From Ignavibacteriota bacterium (GTDB lineage: Bacteria; Bacteroidota; Ignavibacteria; UBA10030), in NCBI GenBank assembly GCA_963727825.1, contig CAVSHO010000007.1, positions 128,001 to 192,000 on the forward strand: a stretch of 64,000 bases of DNA. Reading direction: 5' to 3'. Of this stretch, positions 12,361-22,252 are shown piece after piece (the stretch's first letter is position 1; each line of letters starts with the position of its first letter). Below the pieces are notes generated by a model that saw nothing but the letters and a program-made list of their open reading frames with translations, made no database searches and was not told the origin of the DNA. Both the position numbers and the translations under genes were made by a program.

Positions 12361-12469
12361 AAGTTGTGAAGGAGTTCCGCTCAAAGATAAGGCATGGCGG
12401 ATAAATGCACTCCTGAACTAAAAAGTGAAACAAATAGAATGGTCGAGAATTAGAACTCCCTCACAGCTT
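12361..12469. repeat. REPIN (inverted REP doublet) with a 30-bp loop insertion at 12376-12405
   Basis: Near-identical to 14446-14526 apart from the insert TCCGCTCAAAGATAAGGCATGGCGGATAAA. Confidence 0.85.
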
Positions 12470-12525
12470 AGAGGCGCTTAGTGGTATTCCAAAATACTTT
12501 ATATAACCTACAGTAAGGTAATACA

Positions 12526-13674
12526 ATGCTCCTTGTACCATACAAAATGGAGACAACGTTCACGCGAATCCCGTTTACGAATGCGGCAATTATCGTTGTG
12601 ACGTCATTGATTTTCTTCCTTCCCTTTACAGGTGCTATTACATTTAATGATCTTGAACCTTTTGTGTTAAAAGACTGGGACTTCAGCCAACTGATAGGGA
12701 GTGCATTTTTGCATGGAGGTTTCTTCCATCTTCTTGGCAATATGCTTTTTTTATGGATTTTTGGTAACGCTATCTGTGGAGCTGTAGGAAATATAGCTTA
12801 TCCATTTCTCTATTTGTTTCTGGCGATTATTTCCGGGTCAACTTATCTCATAATGAGTAGTCAACCAATGATTGGTGCAAGCGGCGCGATCAATGGTATT
12901 GTCGGTATGACACTTGTTTTTTTTCCGAAGAACCGTATCCATACCTTTTATTGGTTTTTTATTCCAATAATATGGCTTATCAAAACTGGAAAGTTTAAAA
13001 CGAAAACCAGTTGGATGATTTTGTACTGGCTTATCTTTGATATCTTTGGCGCCATGGCTGGTGGTGACGGCGTTGCGCACTGGGCACATCTCGGTGGATT
13101 TATGGGCGGAGTGATAGTTGGATTAATTTTATTACAATTCCATGTTATCGTTACGCATAGCCCTTCTTTATTGGATGTGTTATCAGGAAAGGCATCAGAT
13201 CCAGATGCGTTCAGCGATATGGATTTAGAGACTCTTGCCACTTCTCATAGAACACAGAATCCATCGAATGCATTGACGCCGGTCGAACAACAAAAATCTG
13301 CTGCCATAACAATGCAACCTTCCCAACCACAAGAGACACCTACTGTACCAAATATTCATCTCTCGCGATGTGTAGGTGAGGGAAGCCCTGTGACATGCTA
13401 CATTGTTAATAAAGGCGCAACTATAAAAAGCCCACAGCTGAAAGTACCGCAGGGAGTAACGGCGCTCATGAATTCAAAAATTGCACTGCGTACACGCGAA
13501 TCCGGATGGATTCGATTTTCCACTGATGATCAGAGTTCAATTGATAGCATAGAGTTCATTCTGGGATATAAGAACTCATTAAATGAGTTTCATAAAATGC
13601 GCTTTCGATGTATCCCATCGGCAAATACATTGACCATGATTTCGTCGACCGAGCCGCAAGAAAAAGAATTATAG
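12526..13674 (+). CDS. Rhomboid-family intramembrane serine protease with C-terminal soluble extension
   Basis: FLHGGFFHLLGNM, catalytic GASGA, HWAHLGG. Confidence 0.9.
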   Translation: MLLVPYKMETTFTRIPFTNAAIIVVTSLIFFLPFTGAITFNDLEPFVLKDWDFSQLIGSAFLHGGFFHLLGNMLFLWIFGNAICGAVGNIAYPFLYLFLAIISGSTYLIMSSQPMIGASGAINGIVGMTLVFFPKNRIHTFYWFFIPIIWLIKTGKFKTKTSWMILYWLIFDIFGAMAGGDGVAHWAHLGGFMGGVIVGLILLQFHVIVTHSPSLLDVLSGKASDPDAFSDMDLETLATSHRTQNPSNALTPVEQQKSAAITMQPSQPQETPTVPNIHLSRCVGEGSPVTCYIVNKGATIKSPQLKVPQGVTALMNSKIALRTRESGWIRFSTDDQSSIDSIEFILGYKNSLNEFHKMRFRCIPSANTLTMISSTEPQEKEL

Positions 13675-13799
13675 TAGCCAAGCTTGGGAATGAGAACCCT
13701 CAATTGTGAAGAAGTCGAACTCCTGAACGGAGATAAGAGCGGGACAAGTGCAAGAAATTATGAAGGTGAACAAGGTTTATTTAATGTCCAAACAGATCC

Positions 13800-13857
13800 A
13801 AGTTGTGAAGGAGTTCCGCCATAAGATAAGGCATGGCGGATAAATGTACTCCTGAAT
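13800..13857. repeat. REP upstream of RAYT with a 30-bp loop insertion at 13815-13844
   Basis: AAGTTGTGAAGGAGT[TCCGCCATAAGATAAGGCATGGCGGATAAA]TGTACTCCTGAA; a degenerate copy lies at about 13702-13728. Confidence 0.85.
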
Positions 13858-13880
13858 TAAAATTGTTAAATAATTATACG

Positions 13881-14420
13881 ATGAGCCGATGGAAAATTAT
13901 ATCTGGCGTCAATCTCTTTTTTATCACAACAACTATTGTTGAATGGAGGAGCGTGTTTGTTGCTATCCCATTGTTTGAGACAATAATGGAAAGTCTAAAG
14001 TTTTGTCTTGCAAATAAAGAACTGCATCTACATGGTTATGTTATTATGCCCAATCATGCCCATTATATTGTTTCTAGTGACCCGCCGGAAAAGTTATCCG
14101 ATATTATGAGAGATTTTAACAGGTTCACATCTCAATGCATTACTGACGTTTTAGAAGAAATGCATAGGGATGAACTGCTTGAGATTTTTCACAAAGCTGC
14201 GATGGACGAAGGTCGTGGAAATCGATATAAAGTGTGGCAGGAGGGATTTCATCCTATTGCGATTGATACAGGAGCGTTTTTTCAACAGAAACTAGACTAT
14301 TTGCACGAGAATCCCGTACGGAAGGGATTTGTTGAGAAACCGGAATACTGGTGTTATTCGAGTGCAAGGAATTATCTTTTTGATGATCATTCAATTATCC
14401 CTGTTGAGTGTCTCGAATGA
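13881..14420 (+). mobile_element. REP-associated tyrosine transposase (RAYT, HUH)
   Basis: FFITTT, GYVIMPNHAH (HUH), WQEGFH, KLDYLHENPVRKG, YWCYSSA; REPs on both sides; likely start is ATG 13881. Confidence 0.9.
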
Positions 14421-14424
14421 ATTG

Positions 14425-14526
14425 GGTCGGGAGTGCAACACCCCTAAGTTGTGAAGGAGTTGCACTCCTGAACTAAAAAGTGAAACAAATAGAATGGTCG
14501 GGAGTTAGAACTCCCTCCAAACTTAG
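14425..14526. repeat. REP fragment plus uninterrupted REPIN downstream of RAYT
   Basis: AAGTTGTGAAGGAGTTGCACTCCTGAAC ... GGTCGGGAGTTAGAACTCCCTCCAAACTT (two hairpins in inverted orientation). Confidence 0.85.
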
Positions 14527-14591
14527 TTTATTGAGAACTGAAATTTAAATATCGCTGTACTATATCAAAAGTACACACTTAGGGAGTGTTT

Positions 14592-16569
14592 ATGAAAAAG
14601 CGAGGCATAATTATATCTCTTGTCGTATCTTTTACTTTCATTGCGTATGGTCAGAAATCAGAACCATTTAAATCTCCCGAAATAAAAGCGCAGCAAGCAG
14701 ACACACTCAGTTCCAGTTTAGAGACTCCGGTTCCATTGCCGGATACAATTGCAATTAATAATCATGTTTTACCGCAAGGCGCTAAGGATACAACCACGCT
14801 GAGCTTCCGCGATACGGATTTAAGGGATATCTTCCGTGCACTAGCGGCAAAACATAACTTAAACATCTTCATAGATAATACAATCAACAAACATTCTACA
14901 ATCTCACTCTCCAATGTGCAAGTGTACAATGCAATCAAATTTATTTGCCAGCAGAATGATCTTAAGTTGAGCTTAGATGGATGTATCTTTAAAATTTTGC
15001 CTCAACCTCCTCCACCAAAAGCAGAACCGCTGCCGGCAAAAGTGCCATGGGTCTATTATGGTAATAATTTACTATCCGTAAAACTGAAGAATGACGATCT
15101 TGAAACATTTGTGCTGGAAATAGAGAGGAAGATGCGGCAAGAACATTCTTATCCTTAGCGGTACATCGGGAAATTTAAACGGCACATTAAACGATATCGA
15201 TTTTGATATAGGCTTTACGCAATTATTGAACAATAACGGTTTTGCTGTCCAGAAAAAAAATGGTGTATATATTGTCAGTCGATTGGAATATTTTGTCGGC
15301 CAGCAAACTCAAGGCGGAAGTCAAAAAGCAGGGCCGTATTGGATCAGTGTGCATGATTCATTAGTCACTGTTGACGTTACCAATGCGCCATTAGACCGTG
15401 TGCTGAGCGATATAGGCCGTCAGCTGAACAAAGATATGGTATTCTACAGTCAGGTCACTGGTAATATTACTGCACGGGCAACAGACATCCCGCTGGAGAA
15501 TGCCTTCAATCTCTTGCTCAGAAATTCAAACTTTACTTATCGTATTTCAGATGGAATGTATTTTATCGGTGAAAAAGCGAATAAGACGATGACCGCTACA
15601 AAGCTGCTTCGTCTAAAGTATCTGCGCGCAGAAAAAGTATTGGAATCCATACCTCAATCGATTACATCAATGGCTGTTTTAAAAGTTATCAAAGAACATA
15701 ATGGAATTGTCGTTGTGGGACCGAACGATATAATCACTCAGGCGGAAGAATATCTTCAAGCTATCGACAAGCCAGTCGCACAGGTGCTCATCGAAGCAAT
15801 TGTCGTCGATTATGACCGTACGAAAGGACTCGATCTCGGAGTAACTGCGGGGTACCTCGGTTCAAAAGATACAACTACATCATTCTCTCGCACCGATGCG
15901 CTTATTCCGGGAGTCAATATGATGTTCTCAGGTCCTACACTTAATAACGCTTTGAGCGCTATCGGTGCGACAAACCTCGGCAAGCTTCCAGCTGACTTCT
16001 TTTTAAATTTGAAGGCGATGGAACAAAGGGGAATTGCCAATGTAAAATCACGCCCCTTACTTGCAACACTCAACGGCTATCCGGCAATGCTCAGCATTGG
16101 TACGACGTTCTATTTCGAACTCACGACTACGACTCCTTTTTCGCAAAACCAAAACCAGACATACCTATCCACCAGCCAACAATTTACAACAGTTGAAGCT
16201 GACACAAAACTCGAGATTACTCCTTATGTCGGTTCTGACGGGCAGATCACTGTCGAAATAAAGCCCGACTTCAAAACACCGGTTGGTCAACCGATAAATG
16301 GAATTCCTCCTAACATCAACAGGCGTGCTATGTCTTCCACACTTGTGATGAGAGAAGGGGAGACAATCGTCTTGGGCGGTATGGTGCAGGAGACAGAATC
16401 CGAATCGCGCACGCAGGTGCCTATACTTGGTTCAATTCCACTGCTCGGATATTTGTTTTCTTCCACAAGTCATAGCACTAATAAATCGGAATTGGTAATT
16501 TACATCACACCGCATATTTCGTATGGTGAAGCGTTCCATAATGTGAGTCTGCCGGACCATGAAGAATGA
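14592..16569 (+). CDS. Secretin (GspD/PilQ family), split by one frameshift near 15130-15155
   Basis: N-terminal LSFRDTDLRDIFR domain; QVLIEAIVVD; GETIVLGG, VPILGSIPLLGYLF, ELVIYITP. Confidence 0.88.
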
Positions 16570-16600
16570 GTATCTGATTTTTTTTTCGATAGAGGAGATA

Positions 16601-16766
16601 AATTGCCGCGACGTTTTCCCGTAGTAATGGAGTTTGCCAACGTCGTGGGTACATAAACGGAAACAATCTTTGACTTTAGCCATAGATAAAAGCGATATTC
16701 AATAGTTGCGGCTAAAGCCGTAAAGGATTAATTATTTCTTCCACACGCTGAAGCTCATGGCAATGA
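16601..16766. repeat. Degenerate BIME/REPIN-like palindrome cluster
   Basis: GCGACGTT...AACGTCGT, CTTTAGCC / GCGGCTAAAGCCG, terminal TTGCC...GGCAA inverted ends. Confidence 0.5.
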
Positions 16767-16808
16767 ATATATTTTAAGTATACATTTTTTGCAAACTGTA
16801 TAGCATCG

Positions 16809-18203
16809 ATGAATATTTCCACTCTTCAAATAAGCCATATCAACTTCCGTCAATTAGCCGGTGCTAACCGTGTACTCGGTGTCGATCTTACGGAAAACTG
16901 CGTTCGTGTTGTTGAAGTGGAAGAACGTATACTACCACTTCGGAAATCGCAATCAAGATTCACAGTTCGCAATCATTTCATTCTAGAATATGATCCGGCA
17001 GCGGAGTGGCTAAAACGAGCAGATCTCCTGAAACAAAAATTAACCGGACTTGGAATTCGTGCGCGCTATGCAGCTACAAGCATCCGTTCTTTAGGCGTCA
17101 AAGTTGTTGAAACTACAATTCCATCCGGCATACACGCTTTTGATGAATGGATAACCGAGAATCAGGAAAAACTACTGCGAATTCCGTTAAACTCTGGAAG
17201 TATAACACATTGTGTAGAAATATTGGAACGGTCTGATTCAGGAACACGCGTAGAAATTACGTTTGTCCGGAGGGAAGAGATTGGACGCTACCAGTCGTTC
17301 TTTCGCACTGTAGGACTTGAGTTGATCACGCTCGGAGCAGGAACCCGCGATGCAAGCAATGTCATAACAACTGGAAAGAATTTCGGAGGGGAGAAAGAAA
17401 AATTCCTTTTTATTGAAGATGTTTCAGTCAACGTAACAGAATTTAAACAGGGGAGAAGGAATCGATCATATCAGACGGCGACACCATTCCAACAGACACA
17501 ATCGGAAGAAGCTTCAGTTTTTGTGTCTTGTGAAAAAGTCATAACGACAAATCTTGCCGATATACAAATCATTCAACCGCTTGGATTATCTCCAGAGTAT
17601 TGCCTCTCTGTCGGGTTAGCATTAAAAGCTCTGAATTCTGATCTTAGTCCGACTAATCTTTTGCCGGCAGAAGAGACAAACCGTATCGAAGTGAATTTCC
17701 ATAAATCTTTTTTCCAGAGGGCAATATTATTTTTAGGTGCTGTTTTGATTGTTCTGCTCATCATCCCATCTGCTCTGGAAGGCTATTTAGATTGGCGATC
17801 TAATAAACTAGACGAGCAATTGTCGGCAAACGTCAGTTCCTACGCTGAGCTAAAACTTCTGGAAACCCAAACACGCGATCTTGAAAAACAGCTCGGTGAA
17901 GCCAACACTTCGGTTCGTTCTTCCCATACTGCAAAGTTATTGCATAACATTGCAAGCGCAAGTCCGGAAGGGCTGTGGTTATACAAAATCAAATTAGATG
18001 CAGAAACCAAGGGAACATCAAAGTTGTCTCTTTTCGGATATACACTTAAAAGTGAAAAAGTCACTGACTATTTGAAGAATCTCAACGGTCTCGGTTATGA
18101 AGCAAATTTAATTCGATCTGGAAGTCCTCAACAAAATGAAACGTTGATTCCATTGCGAAAGGACGCCGTATCATTTGAAATAGCAATACAACTAAGGAAT
18201 TAA
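16809..18203 (+). CDS. PilM/PilN (GspL)-like fusion protein
   Basis: Actin-like N-terminus VLGVDLTENCVRVVEV, TNLLP motif, single TM, coiled coil, SPEGLWL periplasmic domain. Confidence 0.7.
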   Translation: MNISTLQISHINFRQLAGANRVLGVDLTENCVRVVEVEERILPLRKSQSRFTVRNHFILEYDPAAEWLKRADLLKQKLTGLGIRARYAATSIRSLGVKVVETTIPSGIHAFDEWITENQEKLLRIPLNSGSITHCVEILERSDSGTRVEITFVRREEIGRYQSFFRTVGLELITLGAGTRDASNVITTGKNFGGEKEKFLFIEDVSVNVTEFKQGRRNRSYQTATPFQQTQSEEASVFVSCEKVITTNLADIQIIQPLGLSPEYCLSVGLALKALNSDLSPTNLLPAEETNRIEVNFHKSFFQRAILFLGAVLIVLLIIPSALEGYLDWRSNKLDEQLSANVSSYAELKLLETQTRDLEKQLGEANTSVRSSHTAKLLHNIASASPEGLWLYKIKLDAETKGTSKLSLFGYTLKSEKVTDYLKNLNGLGYEANLIRSGSPQQNETLIPLRKDAVSFEIAIQLRN

Positions 18204-18204
18204 A

Positions 18205-18741
18205 TTGACTGGCAAACGAAAATATCAAATAGGAATAACAGCGATAGGAGTATTGTTTATCTACCTCCTTTTCACAGAAGTTTCAGGTCGATGGAGTGAA
18301 GCATATCGTTCTTATCGAGAGTTCTCAGCGAAAGAGGAGAGCGTCCTTAATCCCGATGAACTTGCGCAACGTACTATGGACTTACGTGTAAAGAAAAGAA
18401 TTCTTACAACACAAATCACACGTGCAAACGAGGGATTTGAGCAAAGCCAAATAGGAGTTGTGCGCTTAATTCAAGCTCGAGCAAAAGAGAAGAATATGTA
18501 TTTGAGGATGATCACACCGTTGGAAACGCGTCCTGTCGGCCAGATGATCGAAATTGGATTTACTCTGGAGCTTTTAGGATCGTATCATCGATTAGGAAGC
18601 TATATTTCTTCTCTCGAGACCGGACCTATACCAATAAAAATAGTTAATGTTGAGGCGGTGAATCAACAGCCCGGTTCTACAGTGCTGACTATTTCTATTC
18701 AGGGGAAAGCGTTTATTCTGTCTAAGAATGTTTTGCAATGA
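18205..18741 (+). CDS. PilO/GspM-like protein
   Basis: N-terminal TM, coiled coil, LELLGSYHRLGSYISSLE motif. Confidence 0.65.
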   Translation: MTGKRKYQIGITAIGVLFIYLLFTEVSGRWSEAYRSYREFSAKEESVLNPDELAQRTMDLRVKKRILTTQITRANEGFEQSQIGVVRLIQARAKEKNMYLRMITPLETRPVGQMIEIGFTLELLGSYHRLGSYISSLETGPIPIKIVNVEAVNQQPGSTVLTISIQGKAFILSKNVLQ

Positions 18742-19193
18742 AGCCGAATAAATACATATTGCGATTGCTGGTGGTTGCGCTTTTGATTGTCTGGGGTCTC
18801 GTTGTATATGAAGTTATATCGGCAATTTATTTTGGCGAAGATAAGGAAACCAGCAATGCCGATAACCTGATAAAAAATAAAGGAAAAAGTGCAGAAACTT
18901 TCCTGTATGATGAAAATGTCAAAGATCCATTTCTATACTACGCCTCCAAAACTGATACAATGAAACGTGTCAGCACACCTAAACTGATCGCTCCGGTCTG
19001 GAATCCACCACCATTCCGCTTAAAAGGAATAATTGATGCGCGATCCGGCAAGATGGTGATTCTGGAAGATGGATCAGGTGAAACATTTTTCTTGCAGCGG
19101 GGAGATACCTTGCATGGAGTACATATTCTTGCCATAGAATCAAATCGTGTTCAATACGAATTTGAGAAAAAGAAATCGGATTGGCAGCTGTAA
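18738..19193 (+). CDS. PilP/GspC-like protein
   Basis: TM, KDPF, FRLKGII, LQRGDTLHGVHILAIES. Confidence 0.6.
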   Translation: MKPNKYILRLLVVALLIVWGLVVYEVISAIYFGEDKETSNADNLIKNKGKSAETFLYDENVKDPFLYYASKTDTMKRVSTPKLIAPVWNPPPFRLKGIIDARSGKMVILEDGSGETFFLQRGDTLHGVHILAIESNRVQYEFEKKKSDWQL

Positions 19194-19212
19194 TAGTGCT
19201 GGGGAAAAATAA

Positions 19213-19241
19213 TTGCAAAGCTTCACCTTATTTTGTATCTT
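19213..19241 (+). promoter_or_regulatory. Putative sigma70 promoter upstream of tRNA-Cys
   Basis: TTGCAA-17 nt-TATCTT; same architecture as 22024-22052. Confidence 0.5.
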
Positions 19242-19384
19242 ACTAATGCAATTGATTCATTTAAAATCTTCCGATATTACATATCAAAGATTGATACAAT
19301 TGCCCTTATGTGAATTGCACGGCATCGGAAGTGCCGAAATGACACGAAGGGCATTTGTATTTATAGGTGAAAAATAGAACGGGA

Positions 19385-19437
19385 CTTGGTACCAAACTTG
19401 GCACTCTACTTGGCACTATGCATGCCAAAGTTGGCAC
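19385..19437. repeat. 12-bp-phased direct repeats (C/G)TTGG(C/T)AC
   Basis: Copies at 19385, 19397, 19409 and 19430; inverted TGCCAA at 19423. Confidence 0.75.
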
Positions 19438-19490
19438 TATTAAGTTCGAGTTGAGTGTTGCAAGTGTCGAAAATAGAATAAAAACTGAAT

Positions 19491-19562
19491 GGCGCCGTAC
19501 CCAAGTGGTAAGGGAGAGGTCTGCAAAACCTTTATGCAGCGGTTCGAATCCGCTCGGCGCCT
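19491..19562 (+). tRNA. tRNA-Cys (GCA)
   Basis: GGCGCCG/CGGCGCC acceptor stem, CTGCAAA anticodon loop, GGTTCGAATCC T-arm. Confidence 0.96.
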
Positions 19563-19565
19563 CTC

Positions 19566-19643
19566 CGAATTGCGGAATGCGGATTGTCAATTGCGGATTT
19601 ATAAATCTGCAATTCCATATCGAAAATTCGAAATTCGCAATTT
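19566..19643. repeat. Heptamer repeats (TGCGGAW / TTCGMAA) folding back as a hairpin
   Basis: ttgcggaatgcggattgtcaattgcggat ... attcgaaattcgcaatt. Confidence 0.6.
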
Positions 19644-19647
19644 CACT

Positions 19648-19716
19648 GCCGGGACGGCGGAATTGGCAGGCGCAAAGGACTTAAAATTCTGTGTCCTGCA
19701 AAGGGTGTGCGGGTTC
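19648..19716 (+). pseudogene. Decayed, 3'-truncated tRNA-Leu(TAA)
   Basis: Aligns to 22253-22321 with several substitutions; stops after GGGTTC, with no T-stem 3' side or acceptor 3' strand. Confidence 0.85.
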
Positions 19717-20175
19717 CTGCAATAAAATCAAAGATTTTCCTTTCGTTTTCAAAATAATCTTACTATTGCAAGCGGAAGTGCAAGCTAAGGAGTGTATCTT
19801 TTGCTTGCTTCCATCTATCTTTTCAAACCGTCGAGAAGCCATTGCCGGTATATTCAATTAACTATGAAAATCTTCATGCTGAGGTGAACAAGATTTCTGT
19901 ATCTTTGAACTGAGAAAGCAGAGTTTAATGAAAATATGAGTGGTTGCCCCTTTTTTTATCGCTTGAACTTCAAAGAAATAAAGTATAGTCTTCTGGCGTT
20001 CGAAGAAGTGTTTACCAGAGCTCTATCTTTTTCAGCGGAACAATTCGAGAAGAAGATTAATTGAGCGGCAGCTTGGAAGTTAGCGATGCAACAGCTTCTG
20101 CATTTATTAGACTGTGTTTTAAAATAGAAAATTGAAATAGCAAATAAATCGTCAATCTGAGTGGAGATAAAGATA

Positions 20176-21780
20176 ATGTATAATTCTACTATTCAATACA
20201 AATCATTATTTGTACGATTCCGAGTTTTCTTTCTTCTTTTTCTTTTATCCTCTCTATTGCCTTCGCTAACCTTTTCTGCCACATACGGAATTGCCGGTTC
20301 AGTAAAGGACGCTTCAGGCAATGCGATTGCAGGAGTAGTAATGAATGGACTTCCTGGCAACCCGATTACTGATAGCAGTGGCAACTATGGCGCCTTTCTA
20401 ACTCTCGGTTGGTCTGGTACAGTGACACCGACATTGACCGGATACACGTTCACTCCTGTGAGTCGAACATATACAACTATTAGCATCACATATCCACATG
20501 AGGATTACATAGCTCAAGGTACATTAGCAATTGCCGGTTCAGTAAAGGATGCTTTAGGCAATGCGATTGCAGGAGTAGTAATGAATGGACTTCCTGGCAA
20601 TCCGGCTACAGATAACAGTGGCAACTACGGAGTCTATCTAGGCCCTGGTTGGTCTGGCATAGTGACACCGACATTGACCGGATACACGTTCACTCCTGTG
20701 AGTCGAACGTATAGTAATCTTCAAGCGAGTATTGGCAGTCAGAATTACACGGCTCAAGGTACGTTAGCAATTGCCGGTTCAGTAAAGGATGCTTTAGGCA
20801 ATGCGATTGCAGGAGTAGTAATGAATGGACTTCCTGGCAATCCGGCTACAGATAACAGTGGCAACTACGGAGTCTATCTAGGCCCTGGTTGGTCTGGCAT
20901 AGTGACACCGACATTGACCGGATACACGTTCACTCCTGTGAGTCGAACGTATAGTAATCTTCAAGCGAGTATTGGCAGTCAGAATTACACGGCTCAAGGT
21001 ACGTTAGCAATTGCCGGTTCAGTAAAGGATGCTTTAGGCAATGCGATTGTAGGAGTAGTAATGAATGGACTTCCTGGCAATCCGGCTACAGATAACAACG
21101 GCAACTACGGAGTCTATCTAGGCCCTGGTTGGTCTGGCACAGTGACACCGACATTAACCGGATACACGTTCACTCCTGTGAGTCGAACGTATAGTAATCT
21201 TCAAGCAAGCATTGGCAGTCAGAATTACACGGCTCAAGGTACGTTAGCAATTGCCGGTTCAGTAAAGGATGCTTTAGGCAATGCGATTGCAGGAGTAGTA
21301 ATGAATGGACTTCCTGGCAATCCGGCTACAGATAACAGTGGCAACTACGGAGTCTATCTAGGCCCTGGTTGGTCTGGCATAGTGACACCGACATTGACCG
21401 GATACACGTTCACTCCTGTGAGTCGAACGTATAGTAATCTTCAAGCGAGTATTGGCAGCCAGAATTACACAACTCAAGGTAAGGTTGGCGTTGCTAATAC
21501 CGATAAAACTTTGCCATCGGAATTTGAACTAGACCAGAATTATCCGAATCCATTTAATCCGTCAACAAATATTTCTTTTAGTCTTCCATCTAAATCATTT
21601 GTCTCGCTGAAGATATTTGATGCTTTGGGAAGAGAAGTGTCTACTATCCTGTCAGTTGAGTTGCTTGCTGGGAAATACTCTCGGCAATGGAATGCTGCAG
21701 GTCTACCAAGTGGAATATATTTCTATCGTTTACAGGCTGGTTCTTTCAATGAAACGAAGAAAATGATTTTGCTGAAGTGA
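20176..21780 (+). CDS. T9SS-secreted protein with five 80-aa Ig/carboxypeptidase-regulatory-like repeats
   Basis: Signal peptide; C-terminal sorting domain FELDQNYPNPFNPST...LPSGIYFYRL...KKMILLK. Confidence 0.9.
   Translation: MYNSTIQYKSLFVRFRVFFLLFLLSSLLPSLTFSATYGIAGSVKDASGNAIAGVVMNGLPGNPITDSSGNYGAFLTLGWSGTVTPTLTGYTFTPVSRTYTTISITYPHEDYIAQGTLAIAGSVKDALGNAIAGVVMNGLPGNPATDNSGNYGVYLGPGWSGIVTPTLTGYTFTPVSRTYSNLQASIGSQNYTAQGTLAIAGSVKDALGNAIAGVVMNGLPGNPATDNSGNYGVYLGPGWSGIVTPTLTGYTFTPVSRTYSNLQASIGSQNYTAQGTLAIAGSVKDALGNAIVGVVMNGLPGNPATDNNGNYGVYLGPGWSGTVTPTLTGYTFTPVSRTYSNLQASIGSQNYTAQGTLAIAGSVKDALGNAIAGVVMNGLPGNPATDNSGNYGVYLGPGWSGIVTPTLTGYTFTPVSRTYSNLQASIGSQNYTTQGKVGVANTDKTLPSEFELDQNYPNPFNPSTNISFSLPSKSFVSLKIFDALGREVSTILSVELLAGKYSRQWNAAGLPSGIYFYRLQAGSFNETKKMILLK
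20289..21480 (+). repeat. Five tandem 240-bp repeats (units 2-5 nearly identical)
   Basis: AATTGCCGGTTCAGTAAAGGA at 20289, 20529, 20769, 21009 and 21249. Confidence 0.95.
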
Positions 21781-21809
21781 GATAAATGAAATTTTAATAG
21801 TTGTTCAAG

Positions 21810-21835
21810 CCGACTCCAATAAGGTCGGATTTTTT
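21810..21835 (+). terminator. Probable intrinsic terminator
   Basis: CCGAC-N9-GTCGG followed by a T-run. Confidence 0.5.
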
Positions 21836-22023
21836 GTTCTCCCCCTGCAGCCATCTCATTTACGGTCAGCGGTTGATAAGTTACAGGTCTCCTTTGAGCC
21901 ATAATATACTTTTTACTAAATTTATATTAGATCATTTTACATAAAAGAAATACCACTATCATTTATAAAACGGTCGCTGTCTGTAAAGTTTCCAGATTTT
22001 CTGAGACTTTACTGTAAATATTC

Positions 22024-22052
22024 TTGCCTTCCCTTTCATTGTTTTGTATCTT
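22024..22052 (+). promoter_or_regulatory. Putative sigma70 promoter upstream of intact tRNA-Leu
   Basis: TTGCCT-17 nt-TATCTT. Confidence 0.45.
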
Positions 22053-22252
22053 TGACGTGCAGATAAAATCATTCATCATTCCGGAAAATAAAATGAGTGT
22101 AGAATTGCCATTTATCTTTTGCAAGCTGCCGGAGTGGGAGGATGAGGATAGAGGGCTTTCCGTATTTGTATTAGTAGGAACAGCGCAAATACTGCAAGCA
22201 AAAGTGCAAGCAATTTTGTGTGTAAAAACGTAAAAAGTCTTTGAAAATCCTT

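Noticed and set aside
13833-13880. Upstream ATG for RAYT
   Set aside because: It lies within the 30-bp insert in the REP; ATG 13881 fits the family N-terminus better.
12361-14526. Repeats as a CRISPR array
   Set aside because: Irregular spacing, inverted doublets, no unique spacers and no cas genes; they fit RAYT REPs.
19306-19725. ORFs 19367-19684, 19489-19725 and 19306-19590
   Set aside because: They overlap tRNA-Cys, the tRNA-Leu remnant and repeats; not credible proteins.
20289-21480. 240-bp repeats as CRISPR or a DGR template/variable pair
   Set aside because: In-frame coding tandem repeats; no reverse transcriptase and no spacers.
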